In this document: positions 20,396-29,460 of the stretch, in pieces | Position numbering within the stretch: the first letter of the stretch is position 1 | How the letters are laid out: each line of letters starts with the position of its first letter | NCBI GenBank assembly: GCA_963708025.1 | Contig: CAVPSB010000019.1 | Span: forward strand, 224,001 to 288,000 | Source: an uncultured Candidatus Rokubacteria bacterium | GTDB lineage: Bacteria; Methylomirabilota; Methylomirabilia; Rokubacteriales; DASRDR01 | DNA length: 64,000 bases | Direction of reading: 5' to 3' | Notes under the pieces: generated by a model | Told to the model about the DNA's origin: nothing | The model's input: the letters and a program-made list of their open reading frames with translations, nothing else | Database searches by the model: none | Translations under genes and position numbers: made by a program

Positions 20396-21946
20396 ATGCG
20401 CGAGCGCCATCTGAGCCGGCGGGCGTTTCTGACACGAAGCGGGGCGATCACGCTGGGTCTCGCGGCCGGGCTGTCCGGCCGGCGGGCGGCCGCCCAGGGG
20501 AAGCCGGGCGGCACTCTCACCTTCGCGAGCGCGGCGCTGCCGCCGAACCTCGAGCCCCACATGCAGGGGCTCGACATCTGGCAGAAGCGAAAGCCCCTGA
20601 TCTACGAGAACCTGGTCTGGATCGACCAGGCCCTCGAGCCGCAGCCCGAGCTGGCCGAGCGGTGGGAGCAGCGGTCGCCGACCGAGTACGTCTTCCACCT
20701 CCGGCGCGGCGTCCGCTTCCACGACGGCAAGGAGATGGATGCCGAGGACGTCAAGTACACGTACGACCGGGTCCGCGACCCGAAGGTCAGCCCGGGAGCG
20801 AACGACCTCCTGGCCATCAAGTCGATCGAGGTCGTCGACAAGTTGACCGTCCGGGTCACCCTCAACGGGCCCTTCGCGACGTTCCTCGTGAACGTCGCCG
20901 GCAAGTACAACGGCGTCATCCCCAAGGGCTCCGCCGGGGACGGCAAGGAGCTCCTGACCAAGGCGGTCGGGACCGGCCCGTTCACCGTCGAGGAGTTCGA
21001 CCCGAGCCGGCGGCTCGCCCTCAAGAAGAACCCGAGCTACTGGGGCGCGCAGAAGCCGCTCCTCGACGGCATCGTGTTCCAGGCGATCCCGGACGAGTCG
21101 TCGATCGTGGCCGGGCTCCGGACGGGACAGGTCACGCTGGCCGAGTTCGCCTCCGCGCTGACCTTCCAGGTGGCCCGGGGGATCGGCAGCCTGGACGCGG
21201 TCCAGGCCCCCTCGACCCGGTGGGTGGTGCTCGACCTCGCCGGTGACCAGGAGCCCACGAGCAAGCCTGAGGTGCGGCAGGCCATCGCCCTCGCCCTCGA
21301 CCGGCCCGCGATCCTCCAGATCGCCGGCTCCGGGCTGGGCCAGCGTCTCGGGGTCCTGCCGCCGGGCCTCAAGTACTGGGCGGTGCCGGCGGCGGAGCTG
21401 CCAAACCAGCAGCGCGACATCGCCCGGGCGAAGGCGCTCCTCCAGAAGGCGGGATACGCGGGCCGCGTCCCGGTGAAGATCCGGAACATCGTGGGGTACC
21501 CGGCGCTGGCCGCCGCCCTGCCGGTGATCGTGGACAACCTGCGCGAGGCCGGGATCGACGTCCAGGTGGAGACCGTGGACGGCGGGGTGTGGATCAAGGA
21601 CTGGGTCGTCCCCCAGTCGCCCCCGACCATGAACGAGTGGGGCGGCTTCGTGGACCCCGACCAGGCCTTCCACCGCCACTTCCACTCGGCCCCGGGCGGG
21701 AAGGACTTCCGGCGCTGGAACAACAAGAAGGCCGACGAGCTGCTCGATGCGGGGCGGACGACTCTCGACCGCGGCCGGCGGAAGACGATCTACGACCAGG
21801 TCCAGCGGCTGGTGGCGGAGGACCCGATCACGATCCCGCTCTACTCCCCGGACCTCCTCTACGCGATGCAGAAGACCGTCAAGGGCTTTCAGCCCCATCC
21901 CACCGGGTTCTACTACGGGCTCCGCTTCGCCTGGGTTGAGCGCTGA
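20396..21946 (+). CDS. Peptide/nickel-type ABC substrate-binding protein (family 5), Tat signal
   Basis: SRRAFL twin-arginine motif; LRRGVRFHDG and VGTGPF. Confidence 0.93.
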   Translation: MRERHLSRRAFLTRSGAITLGLAAGLSGRRAAAQGKPGGTLTFASAALPPNLEPHMQGLDIWQKRKPLIYENLVWIDQALEPQPELAERWEQRSPTEYVFHLRRGVRFHDGKEMDAEDVKYTYDRVRDPKVSPGANDLLAIKSIEVVDKLTVRVTLNGPFATFLVNVAGKYNGVIPKGSAGDGKELLTKAVGTGPFTVEEFDPSRRLALKKNPSYWGAQKPLLDGIVFQAIPDESSIVAGLRTGQVTLAEFASALTFQVARGIGSLDAVQAPSTRWVVLDLAGDQEPTSKPEVRQAIALALDRPAILQIAGSGLGQRLGVLPPGLKYWAVPAAELPNQQRDIARAKALLQKAGYAGRVPVKIRNIVGYPALAAALPVIVDNLREAGIDVQVETVDGGVWIKDWVVPQSPPTMNEWGGFVDPDQAFHRHFHSAPGGKDFRRWNNKKADELLDAGRTTLDRGRRKTIYDQVQRLVAEDPITIPLYSPDLLYAMQKTVKGFQPHPTGFYYGLRFAWVER

Positions 21947-22056
21947 AGTCTTTCGGGTGGGTCTCCTGGCCGTCGGGCTGACGGGCTTCATCCTGATCGT
22001 TCGCGCCGGGCGACGCTCGCGCCCGTTGTGAAGGTCATGGCTGTAATTGCCCGCGA

Positions 22057-23007
22057 GTGCGCGCCTATCTAGGCCAGCGACTCGCCGCGATGGGGCTCAC
22101 CCTGCTCGGGGTGAGCCTCCTCGTCTTCAGCATGGTCCGCCTGATCCCGGGGACCGTGGTCGAGCAGCTCCTGGGGCAGGCGGCCATCGCCTCGCCGGAG
22201 GTGCTGGCGAGCTTCCGCCGCTTCTTCGGCCTCGACCGGCCGGTCCACGTCCAATACCTCGCCTGGCTGGGCGGCGTCTTGCGCGGCGACTTCGGCGTGT
22301 CCTGGCTGTCCGGCCGGCCGGTGCTGGGCCTCTTCCTCGAGCGGCTGCCCGTCTCGGCGGAGCTGGCGTTCCTGGCTGTCGGCTGGTCGCTCTGCCTCGG
22401 GCTCCCGCTGGGCACGGCGTCGGCGGTGTGGCGGGGCGGCCTCCGCGACGGGGCGATCCGGGTTCTCGCAACCCTGGGGCTGTCGCTTCCGGCCTTCTGG
22501 CAGGGGACGGTCCTGATCCTGCTGTTCTCGATCTACCTCGGCTGGATGCCGTCCCTCCAGTGGGTGCCGCTCCTCCGCGATCCCGGCGCCAACCTCGCGA
22601 TCATGGCGCTGCCCGCCCTGACGCTGGGCACGGCGACGGCCGCCCTGATCACCCGGATGGCGCGCTCGTCCATGCTCGACGTCCTCGGCCGCGACTACGT
22701 CCGGACCGCCCGGGCCAAGGGGCTTCCCGAGGGTCGGGTCACCTTCCGCCACGCGCTCCGGAACGCGCTCATCCCCGTCGTCACGGTGGCCGGGGTCCAG
22801 CTCGGCTACATCGTCGGGGGCATCGTGGTCGTGGAGGACGTCTTCACCTTGCCCGGCGTCGGCCGCCTCCTCCTCGACGCCATCTTCCAGCGCGACTACC
22901 CGGTGGTGCAGGGCGTCATCCTCATCCTGGCCGCCGCCTTCATGCTCTTGAACCTGGTCGTCAACCTCCTGTACGCGGCACTGGACCCGAGGCTTCGTCG
23001 TGCCTGA
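22057..23007 (+). CDS. Peptide ABC permease (DppB-like)
   Basis: DYVRTARAKGL, HALRNALIP and YAALDPRLR. Confidence 0.93.
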   Translation: MRAYLGQRLAAMGLTLLGVSLLVFSMVRLIPGTVVEQLLGQAAIASPEVLASFRRFFGLDRPVHVQYLAWLGGVLRGDFGVSWLSGRPVLGLFLERLPVSAELAFLAVGWSLCLGLPLGTASAVWRGGLRDGAIRVLATLGLSLPAFWQGTVLILLFSIYLGWMPSLQWVPLLRDPGANLAIMALPALTLGTATAALITRMARSSMLDVLGRDYVRTARAKGLPEGRVTFRHALRNALIPVVTVAGVQLGYIVGGIVVVEDVFTLPGVGRLLLDAIFQRDYPVVQGVILILAAAFMLLNLVVNLLYAALDPRLRRA

Positions 23008-23848
23008 CCGTCGGGGCGTGCCGGGACGGTGGCGGCGGGCGGCTCGGAGCCGGCTCTTCCTGGCCGCCTGTGGAGCGCTGGCGGCCCTGATCGCGGCCGG
23101 CCTCCTGGCGGACTGGATCGCGCCGTATCCCCCGACCGCGGTGGACGCGCGCGGCATGTTCAGGGGGCCGAGCGCCACGCACCCCTTCGGCACCGATCGC
23201 TTCGGTCGCGACGTGCTCTCCCGGGTCCTCTTCGGCGTACGGGTCTCCCTCGGGATCGCCGGCGCGTCGATCGCGATGGCGGTGACGACCGGGAGCCTGC
23301 TCGGGCTCCTCGCCGGCGCGGGTCGGGGCGTGGACCAGCTCCTCGGCCGCGTCATGGACGTCTTCTTCGCGTTCCCGCCCATCCTCCTCGCGATCGGCAT
23401 CGCCGCCGTCCTCGGGGCCGGCCCCGGCACCGCGGTCGTCGCCATCGCGGTGGTGTACGCGCCGTTCTTCTTCCGGGTCGTGCGGGGGAGCGTGCTGGCC
23501 GAGTCGGCGGAGGCCTACGTCGAGGCGGCGGAGGCGCTCGGCCTCGGGCGGGCGGCCATCCTCGTCCGTCACGTGCTGCCCAACGTGGTCTCGCCCATCG
23601 TGGTCCAGACGGCGGTCTGCCTCTCCTACGGCATCCTGATCGAGTCGGCCCTCTCCTACCTCGGGGTCGGCGTCCAGCCGCCGACGCCGTCGTGGGGGAC
23701 GATCCTGAACGAGGGGAAGGAGTTCCTGGCGCTCGCCCCCTGGGTGTCGCTCTTCCCGGGCGGGGTCATCATGCTGAGCGTCCTGGCGTTCAACATCATC
23801 GGCGACGGCCTGCGGGACGCGCTCGACCCGCGCAGCGGCGTGCTCTAA
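23000..23848 (+). CDS. Peptide ABC permease (DppC-like)
   Basis: HPFGTDRFGRD, YVEAAEALG and GDGLRDALDP. Confidence 0.93.
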   Translation: MPDRRGVPGRWRRAARSRLFLAACGALAALIAAGLLADWIAPYPPTAVDARGMFRGPSATHPFGTDRFGRDVLSRVLFGVRVSLGIAGASIAMAVTTGSLLGLLAGAGRGVDQLLGRVMDVFFAFPPILLAIGIAAVLGAGPGTAVVAIAVVYAPFFFRVVRGSVLAESAEAYVEAAEALGLGRAAILVRHVLPNVVSPIVVQTAVCLSYGILIESALSYLGVGVQPPTPSWGTILNEGKEFLALAPWVSLFPGGVIMLSVLAFNIIGDGLRDALDPRSGVL

Positions 23849-23865
23849 GGAGCGTGTGAAGGACT

Positions 23866-24025
23866 GGGGTCCTCCGGCTCCCCCTCCTCCCCGGTGGGCC
23901 ACCGGAGGGGTGGGACGTCGCGAGGGCCGCAGGCCCGAGCCGTCCCGGCGGTCCGGTCGGATGGAGGGGGGTTGGGGGGTGGGCGGGAGGTCCCGAACAA
24001 TCACCACCGGAACAATCACCACCGG
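23866..24025. repeat. Family B-related palindromic element followed by a 15-bp tandem duplication (AACAATCACCACCGG x2)
   Basis: C-rich/G-rich arms; GAGGGCCGCAGGCCCGAG shared with 59456-59473; tandem repeat at 23996-24025. Confidence 0.65.
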
Positions 24026-24035
24026 AGGGTGCGAG

Positions 24036-24521
24036 ATGAGCTACGAACCGACGGAGACGATCGGTGGGCTGAGCGACGCGGAGATGCTCCGCTTCCTGCA
24101 GGAGCCGTGGAACGGGCGGATCGCCACGCTGGCGCCGGACGGCTGGCCCTACCTGACGCCGGTGTGGTACGAGTTCGACCCGGCGGCGCGGGCCTTCCTG
24201 ATCGTGGGGCGGGAGAGCGCCGAGTGGGTGGGCCACATCCGGGCGGACCCCAGGGTCGCCTTCCACGTCGCGGACGATGTCCACGCCGAGCACACCCGGG
24301 TGCTCGTCCAGGCGCGCGCCGAGATCGTCGAGGGCCCGGTGCCGCCGTCCGCCAGCCCGCGCCTCGGGGAGCTGACGCGGCGGCTGTCCATCCGGTACCT
24401 GGGGCCGAGCGGCCCGGCCTACGCGGAGAAGACCTTCGGGCGGCCCCGCGTCCTCGTCCGCCTCGGCCCGACCCGCTGGCGCACCTGGACCGGGCGCGAG
24501 TGGCACCGGCGCTACCGTTGA
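24036..24521 (+). CDS. Pyridoxamine 5'-phosphate oxidase-like (PPOX/FDOR) protein
   Basis: IATLAPDGWPYLTPVWY and IRADPRVAF. Confidence 0.85.
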   Translation: MSYEPTETIGGLSDAEMLRFLQEPWNGRIATLAPDGWPYLTPVWYEFDPAARAFLIVGRESAEWVGHIRADPRVAFHVADDVHAEHTRVLVQARAEIVEGPVPPSASPRLGELTRRLSIRYLGPSGPAYAEKTFGRPRVLVRLGPTRWRTWTGREWHRRYR

Positions 24522-24583
24522 CAAGATCCGCCGGGGCAATGGAAGATCGCGGCGTCCCGAACCCTTTCACCAGGAGGCCGAGC

Positions 24584-25927
24584 ATGACACGCACGAAGCG
24601 GATCCTGACCGGCGCGGTGACCGCGTGGGCCTTCCTCGCCCTGGCCGGGGTGGCGGGGGCCCAGGAGAAGAAGGTCGTCCGGATCTGGCACACGGAGACC
24701 GAGTCGCAGACGGTCGCGATGCTCAACCAGATCATCGCGGACTTCGAGAAGACGCGCCCCGACATCCAGGTGAAGGCCGAGGCTCTGGCCTGGGGCGATC
24801 TCGAGACGAAGCTCACGGCGGCGCTGGCCGCCGGCGCGCCCCCCGAGGCCTCCCACGGGCAGGCCATCACGTGCGCGTCGTTCGCGGCCAAGGGGCTGCT
24901 CCGGCCCGTGGACGACCTCGTCGACTCCCTGGGCAAGGACAACCTGATCGAGGGCTTCCGCAACCTGTGCCGCGTGGACGGCAAGTACTACGGCGTGGGG
25001 CACTCCGCCGCCGCCTCGGTGTTCGTCTACCGCAAGGACCTCCTGGCCCAGAAGGGCCTCAAACCGCCCCGGACCTGGGACGAGCTGATCCAGGCGGCCG
25101 AGACGCTGAAGGAGACGAAGGACGGCCAGGTGACGCGCTGGGGGCTCACGCTGTCCGGCCAGCCGCTGTTCGTCAACATCCAGGTGGGCGAGCTGCTCCG
25201 ATCGAACGGCGGGCGGCTCTTCGACGCCGAGGGGCGGCCGACGCTCACCGAGAAGCCGGTCATCGAGCTGCTCGACTTCTACAAGCGGCTCAACGCCGTG
25301 CTCCCGCCCGGCTGGACGAGCCACAGCTACCTCGACACCTTCGCCAACCTGGCCAACGGCCGGGCTGCCATGCAGTACCAGGCGTACGGGCGGGGGACCG
25401 GGTACATCGAGAAGTACGCCGCCGCCGACATCGCCGACCCCGAGCACTTCGCGGTGACGGACAAGGTGGTCGGCCCGTCGGGCAAGATGTCGGTCGCCCA
25501 GATCGACTCCGAGCCGTGGATGGTCTTCAAGCAGGCGAAGCACCCCAACGAGGCGGTCGAGTTCCTGAAGTTCTTCTACAAGGAGGAGAACTACGTCCGC
25601 TACCTCCACACGGTGCCGATCCACCTCCTGCCCATGACCCGGTCGGTCTACCGGAGCCCGAAGTACCTGGACAACCCGACGATCAAGAAGTGGCGGTCCT
25701 GGGTGGACATGCAGGAGGCCTACTTCAAGGCGGACCGCGTGCGACCGGTGCTCGTGATGGAGTGGGACGACATGAAGAAGCCCTACCTCCTCGAGGTCAT
25801 GGGCTCCGGCATCCTGGTCGACATGGTGCTCGACTCGGTCAAGGGGATGCCCTCGGCCGAGGCGGCCGCCAAGGCCCAGAAGCGGGTCGAAGACCTCCTG
25901 ACCAGGGCCGGCTACCTCAAGAAGTAA
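24584..25927 (+). CDS. Carbohydrate-type ABC substrate-binding protein (family 1)
   Basis: AGGAGG RBS, signal peptide, YRKDLL...PPRTWDEL. Confidence 0.9.
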   Translation: MTRTKRILTGAVTAWAFLALAGVAGAQEKKVVRIWHTETESQTVAMLNQIIADFEKTRPDIQVKAEALAWGDLETKLTAALAAGAPPEASHGQAITCASFAAKGLLRPVDDLVDSLGKDNLIEGFRNLCRVDGKYYGVGHSAAASVFVYRKDLLAQKGLKPPRTWDELIQAAETLKETKDGQVTRWGLTLSGQPLFVNIQVGELLRSNGGRLFDAEGRPTLTEKPVIELLDFYKRLNAVLPPGWTSHSYLDTFANLANGRAAMQYQAYGRGTGYIEKYAAADIADPEHFAVTDKVVGPSGKMSVAQIDSEPWMVFKQAKHPNEAVEFLKFFYKEENYVRYLHTVPIHLLPMTRSVYRSPKYLDNPTIKKWRSWVDMQEAYFKADRVRPVLVMEWDDMKKPYLLEVMGSGILVDMVLDSVKGMPSAEAAAKAQKRVEDLLTRAGYLKK

Positions 25928-25932
25928 GGCCG

Positions 25933-26820
25933 GTGCCGCCGCGGTGGAGGCTGTCCGGGTCGGCGCTCGGGCTCCTCGGGCTCGCCCCCGCGCTGCTCCT
26001 CATCGCGGCGCTCATCCTCTACCCGGTCGCCTACGCGGCCTGGCTGAGCCTCCACGACAAGCACTCCTTCTTCCCGACCGAGCAGTTCATCGGCCTCCGG
26101 AACTACTGGGACATCGCCCGGGACCAGGAGTTCTGGGACAGCACCTGGCGCGGCGTCGTCTACGCCGGCGGCACGACGGCGCTCCAGCTCGTCTTCGGCG
26201 TGGCGGCCGCGCTCGTCCTCCACCGGTCGTTCCGCGGCCGGACGGTGGTGCGCGCCCTCGTCCTGTTCCCGTACATGATCCCGACCATCGTGGCCGTCAT
26301 CGTCTGGCGCTGGCTCCTCAACGACACCTACGGCGTCGTGGACTACCTGCTCGTCCGCTGGGGGCTGGTCCGGCAGCCGGTCGTGTGGCTCAGCGTGGAC
26401 CACATCATGGCCTCGCTGATCGTCATGAGTGTCTGGCAGTTCGCCCCGTTCGTGGTCCTGAGCGTCCTGGCGCGGCTCCAGACCATCCCGCCGGAGCTGT
26501 ACGAGGCGGCCCGGGTGGACGGGGCCTCCGCCTGGGGACGGTTTCGCCACGTCACGCTGCCGCAGATCCAGGCGGTGCTCTTCGTGGTGATCCTGCTGCG
26601 CGGGATCTGGATGTTCACGAAGTTCGACACCGTGTGGCTGTGGGGCGAGGGGGCGGGGGCCGGGCGGGAGATCCGGACGCTCCCGATCTACGCCTACATG
26701 CGGACCTTCACCTACTACCAGGCCGGCTTCGGGTCGGCGCTGGCGGTGATCATGTTTCTCATGCTCCTATGTGCAACCGCCCTGTATTTCAGGCTCTTCT
26801 GGCGCGAGGAGGAGGCGTGA
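25933..26820 (+). CDS. Carbohydrate ABC permease (MalF-like)
   Basis: FIGLRNY and LQTIPPELYEAARVDGA; C-terminal part of ORF 24625-26820. Confidence 0.9.
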   Translation: MPPRWRLSGSALGLLGLAPALLLIAALILYPVAYAAWLSLHDKHSFFPTEQFIGLRNYWDIARDQEFWDSTWRGVVYAGGTTALQLVFGVAAALVLHRSFRGRTVVRALVLFPYMIPTIVAVIVWRWLLNDTYGVVDYLLVRWGLVRQPVVWLSVDHIMASLIVMSVWQFAPFVVLSVLARLQTIPPELYEAARVDGASAWGRFRHVTLPQIQAVLFVVILLRGIWMFTKFDTVWLWGEGAGAGREIRTLPIYAYMRTFTYYQAGFGSALAVIMFLMLLCATALYFRLFWREEEA

Positions 26821-26842
26821 GACTGGCCCGGCGGCAGGGCGG

Positions 26843-27703
26843 ATGAGGCGCCACCCGCGGTCGAGCGCGATCCGGGCGGGCCGAGCCATGGGGCGTGTCC
26901 TGCTCTACGCGGCGGCGCTCGGGCTGGCGGCCCAGGCCATCCTGCCCCTCCTGTGGATGCTGTCCACCTCGCTCAAACCGCCGCGCGAGGTCTTCGCCGT
27001 GCCGCCGACGTTCGTCCCGGCCGCCCCCACGCTGGCGAACTTCGTCCGTCTCGCCCGCGAGACGGCCTTCCTCACCTACTTCGCCAACAGCGTGCTGGTG
27101 GCCGGGCTCACCGTCCTCCTGACGATGGCGGTGGGCGCCGTCGGCGCCTACAGCCTCACCCGCTTCCGCTTCCCGGGCCGCGAGGCCTTCGCCCGGCTGA
27201 TCCTCTGCACCTACATGTTCGCGCCCATCATGATCGTTATCCCGATCTACATCCTGGCCCGGCGGCTCGGCCTGGTGAACACGCACGCCGCGCTCGTCCT
27301 CTCCTACGCCTCGTTCTGCCTGCCGTTCTCGCTGTGGCTCCTGCGCGCCTTCTTCCGGTCGATCCCGCTCGAGCTGGAGGAGGCGGCGCTCGTCGACGGG
27401 GCCAGCCGGGGGCGGGCGGTGGTCCACGTCGTCGTCCCCCTCGCGCTGCCGGGGGTCATCGCGACGTCGATCTTCACGTTCACGCTGGCCTGGAACGACT
27501 ACATCTTCACCCGCATCCTGGTCGCCTCGGACGAGCTGAAGACGCTGCCGGTGGGCGTGCAGGACCTCTTCTCGGCGGCGGTGGTCGACTGGGGGCTCAT
27601 CATGGCGGCCGGGATGCTGATCACCATCCCCGCCCTCGCGTTCTTCATGGCGGTCCAGCGCCACCTGGTCGAAGGGTGGGGGAGCGGAGGACTCAAAGGA
27701 TGA
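26843..27703 (+). CDS. Carbohydrate ABC permease (MalG-like)
   Basis: IPLELEEAALVDGA and FTLAWNDY; start may be 26888. Confidence 0.9.
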   Translation: MRRHPRSSAIRAGRAMGRVLLYAAALGLAAQAILPLLWMLSTSLKPPREVFAVPPTFVPAAPTLANFVRLARETAFLTYFANSVLVAGLTVLLTMAVGAVGAYSLTRFRFPGREAFARLILCTYMFAPIMIVIPIYILARRLGLVNTHAALVLSYASFCLPFSLWLLRAFFRSIPLELEEAALVDGASRGRAVVHVVVPLALPGVIATSIFTFTLAWNDYIFTRILVASDELKTLPVGVQDLFSAAVVDWGLIMAAGMLITIPALAFFMAVQRHLVEGWGSGGLKG

Positions 27704-28644
27704 CGATCCAGTTCGGCTGGTCGCTGCAGGGCCGGGGTCTCCTGGCCGGCCGGGAGGCCATCACCACGCTGGCGAAGCGGGCCGACGCCCTCGGCTACGA
27801 CTCGGTCTGGGTCACCGACCGCCTGGTCATCCCGACCGCGGGCACGACCGCGTACCCGTACTCGGCCACCGGCGGTTTCCCCATCGGCCCCGACGAGCCC
27901 TGGCTCGAGGCGCTGACCGCCGTGACCTACCTGGCCACGGTCACCGAGCGCATCCGGGTGGGGACGAGCGTGCTGGTGATTCCCTACCGGAACCCGATCC
28001 ACACCGCGCGGGCGCTGGCCACGGCGGACTACCTCTCCGGCGGCCGCGTGATCCTCGGCGCCGGCATCGGCTGGTGGCGCGAGGAGTTCGCGGCGGTCGG
28101 CGCGTCCTTCGAGGATCGGGCCGCGCGGACGGTCGAGGCACTCCGGCTGATGAAGCGGATCTGGACCGAGCCCCGGGTGACCGTGGCCGGCGCCGGGGAG
28201 GTGGGCGGCCTCCGACCCCAGCCGGTCCAGCGGCCGCACCTGCCGATCTGGATCGGCGGCCACAGCGACGCGGCGCTCCGGCGGGTGGTGGCGGTGGCCG
28301 ACGGCTGGCACCCGCTGGGTCTCCGGCCGCCGGTCGCGCTGCACCCGCCAGAGCTGGCCGCGCGGGTACGCCGGCTCGGCGAGCTGGCCGTCGCGGCCGG
28401 CCGCGATCCGGCGTCGATCACGGTCGCCTTCAAGGCCCCGGTCCGGTTCGACGACACCGCCGGCCCGGGCCGCTCCCCGCTGGCCGGGTCGCCGGCCCGG
28501 ATCGTGGAAGACCTCGAGGCGTACGTGGCGGCCGGCGTCCGGCACTTCGTGCTCGACTTCTCGGTGACGACGCTCCCCGAGATGCTCGGCGTGCTCGATC
28601 GCTTCGCCGAGGACGTTCGACCCCGTCTCGTGGGCTCACGGTGA
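27700..28644 (+). CDS. LLM-class (luciferase-like, probably F420-dependent) oxidoreductase
   Basis: GYDSVWVTD, SGGRVILGAGIGW and PIWIGGHS. Confidence 0.9.
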   Translation: MTIQFGWSLQGRGLLAGREAITTLAKRADALGYDSVWVTDRLVIPTAGTTAYPYSATGGFPIGPDEPWLEALTAVTYLATVTERIRVGTSVLVIPYRNPIHTARALATADYLSGGRVILGAGIGWWREEFAAVGASFEDRAARTVEALRLMKRIWTEPRVTVAGAGEVGGLRPQPVQRPHLPIWIGGHSDAALRRVVAVADGWHPLGLRPPVALHPPELAARVRRLGELAVAAGRDPASITVAFKAPVRFDDTAGPGRSPLAGSPARIVEDLEAYVAAGVRHFVLDFSVTTLPEMLGVLDRFAEDVRPRLVGSR

Positions 28645-28680
28645 GAGCGCCAGAGGCCGACGGCGGCTCAGCGGCGCCCG

Positions 28681-28763
28681 GGGGTCAGGCCTTTCATTCT
28701 TTACATTCCTTGCGCGGTCCCGGCGGGGAGCCGGAGACTGTCACGAATGAAAGGCCCGACCCC
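28681..28763. mobile_element. Family C inverted-repeat mini-element (83 bp)
   Basis: GGGGTCAGGCCTTTCATTC ... GAATGAAAGGCCCGACCCC; near-identical to 29376-29458. Confidence 0.85.
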
Positions 28764-29392
28764 ACGCCGGGGCGATAGCCGGCCGCGATCGCGGCGACGC
28801 TGGAGCGCGGGGTGAGGACCGTGACGATCGCCTCACCGGGGCAGTCCCGGGGCGGTCCATATCCAGCGGGTGACCAGGGCCGGAGGGTGCCCTGCCACAC
28901 CAGGAGTGGATCGGCGGCGCCGGGCAGCGCGACGATCACGCCGTCCGGCAGCGTGCCGAGCGTGGCGCGGAACGTGTGCTGCCGGCCGTCGGAGCCGAGC
29001 CGATCCCGGTGGAGCTCCCGGTCGATGGCGGCGATCGGAGCGCCGGGATGGAGACCCCGATCGGGGTTCCCGGTGAGCCAGGCGGCCTTGAACCGGCGGT
29101 AGTCGGCCCGGCGGCACTCGCCGCACGGGCGGTGTCCAGCGGCCAGCGCGGTGGCCTCGTCCAGGAAGAAGAGCTCGGTGTACCGCCCGGGCGTCATCAC
29201 GGCCCGCCGGCGCCCGCGGAAATCCAGCCGACACGTCACCCAGGCGCGATAGCCGGCGGCGACCCGGCGGACGATGCGGCGGGACGCATCGTGGAGCCGC
29301 CCCCGGTTCCCCATGAGCGTGCCGCGGGTGGAGACGGCGAGAAGGTCCCCGAAGGGGTCCCCGCGGTTCTGCAGCGGGGTCAGGCCTTTCAT
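28694..29392 (-). CDS. Conserved hypothetical protein (LQNR.DPFG / GNRG.LHD / AAGHRPCGECRR), putative metal-binding
   Basis: Clean ORF with YTELFFLDEATALAAGHRPCxEC; start and stop both fall inside family C elements. Confidence 0.8.
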   Translation of the reverse strand: MKGLTPLQNRGDPFGDLLAVSTRGTLMGNRGRLHDASRRIVRRVAAGYRAWVTCRLDFRGRRRAVMTPGRYTELFFLDEATALAAGHRPCGECRRADYRRFKAAWLTGNPDRGLHPGAPIAAIDRELHRDRLGSDGRQHTFRATLGTLPDGVIVALPGAADPLLVWQGTLRPWSPAGYGPPRDCPGEAIVTVLTPRSSVAAIAAGYRPGVGSGLSFVTVSGSPPGPRKECKE

Positions 29393-29458
29393 TCTTTACA
29401 TTTCTTGCGCGGTCCCGGCGGGGAGCCGAAGACTGTTAAGAATGAAAGGCCTGACCCC
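29376..29458. mobile_element. Family C inverted-repeat mini-element (83 bp)
   Basis: Perfect 21-bp terminal inverted repeats. Confidence 0.85.
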
Positions 29459-29460
29459 AC

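Noticed and set aside
23996-24025. 15-bp tandem repeat as a mini-CRISPR or operator
   Set aside because: Only two abutting copies with no spacer; it is more simply a local duplication beside a repeat element.
28681-29458. Family C elements as integron attC sites or CRISPR repeats
   Set aside because: There are no RYYYAAC/GTTRRRY ends, no intI or cas genes and no regular repeat-spacer period.
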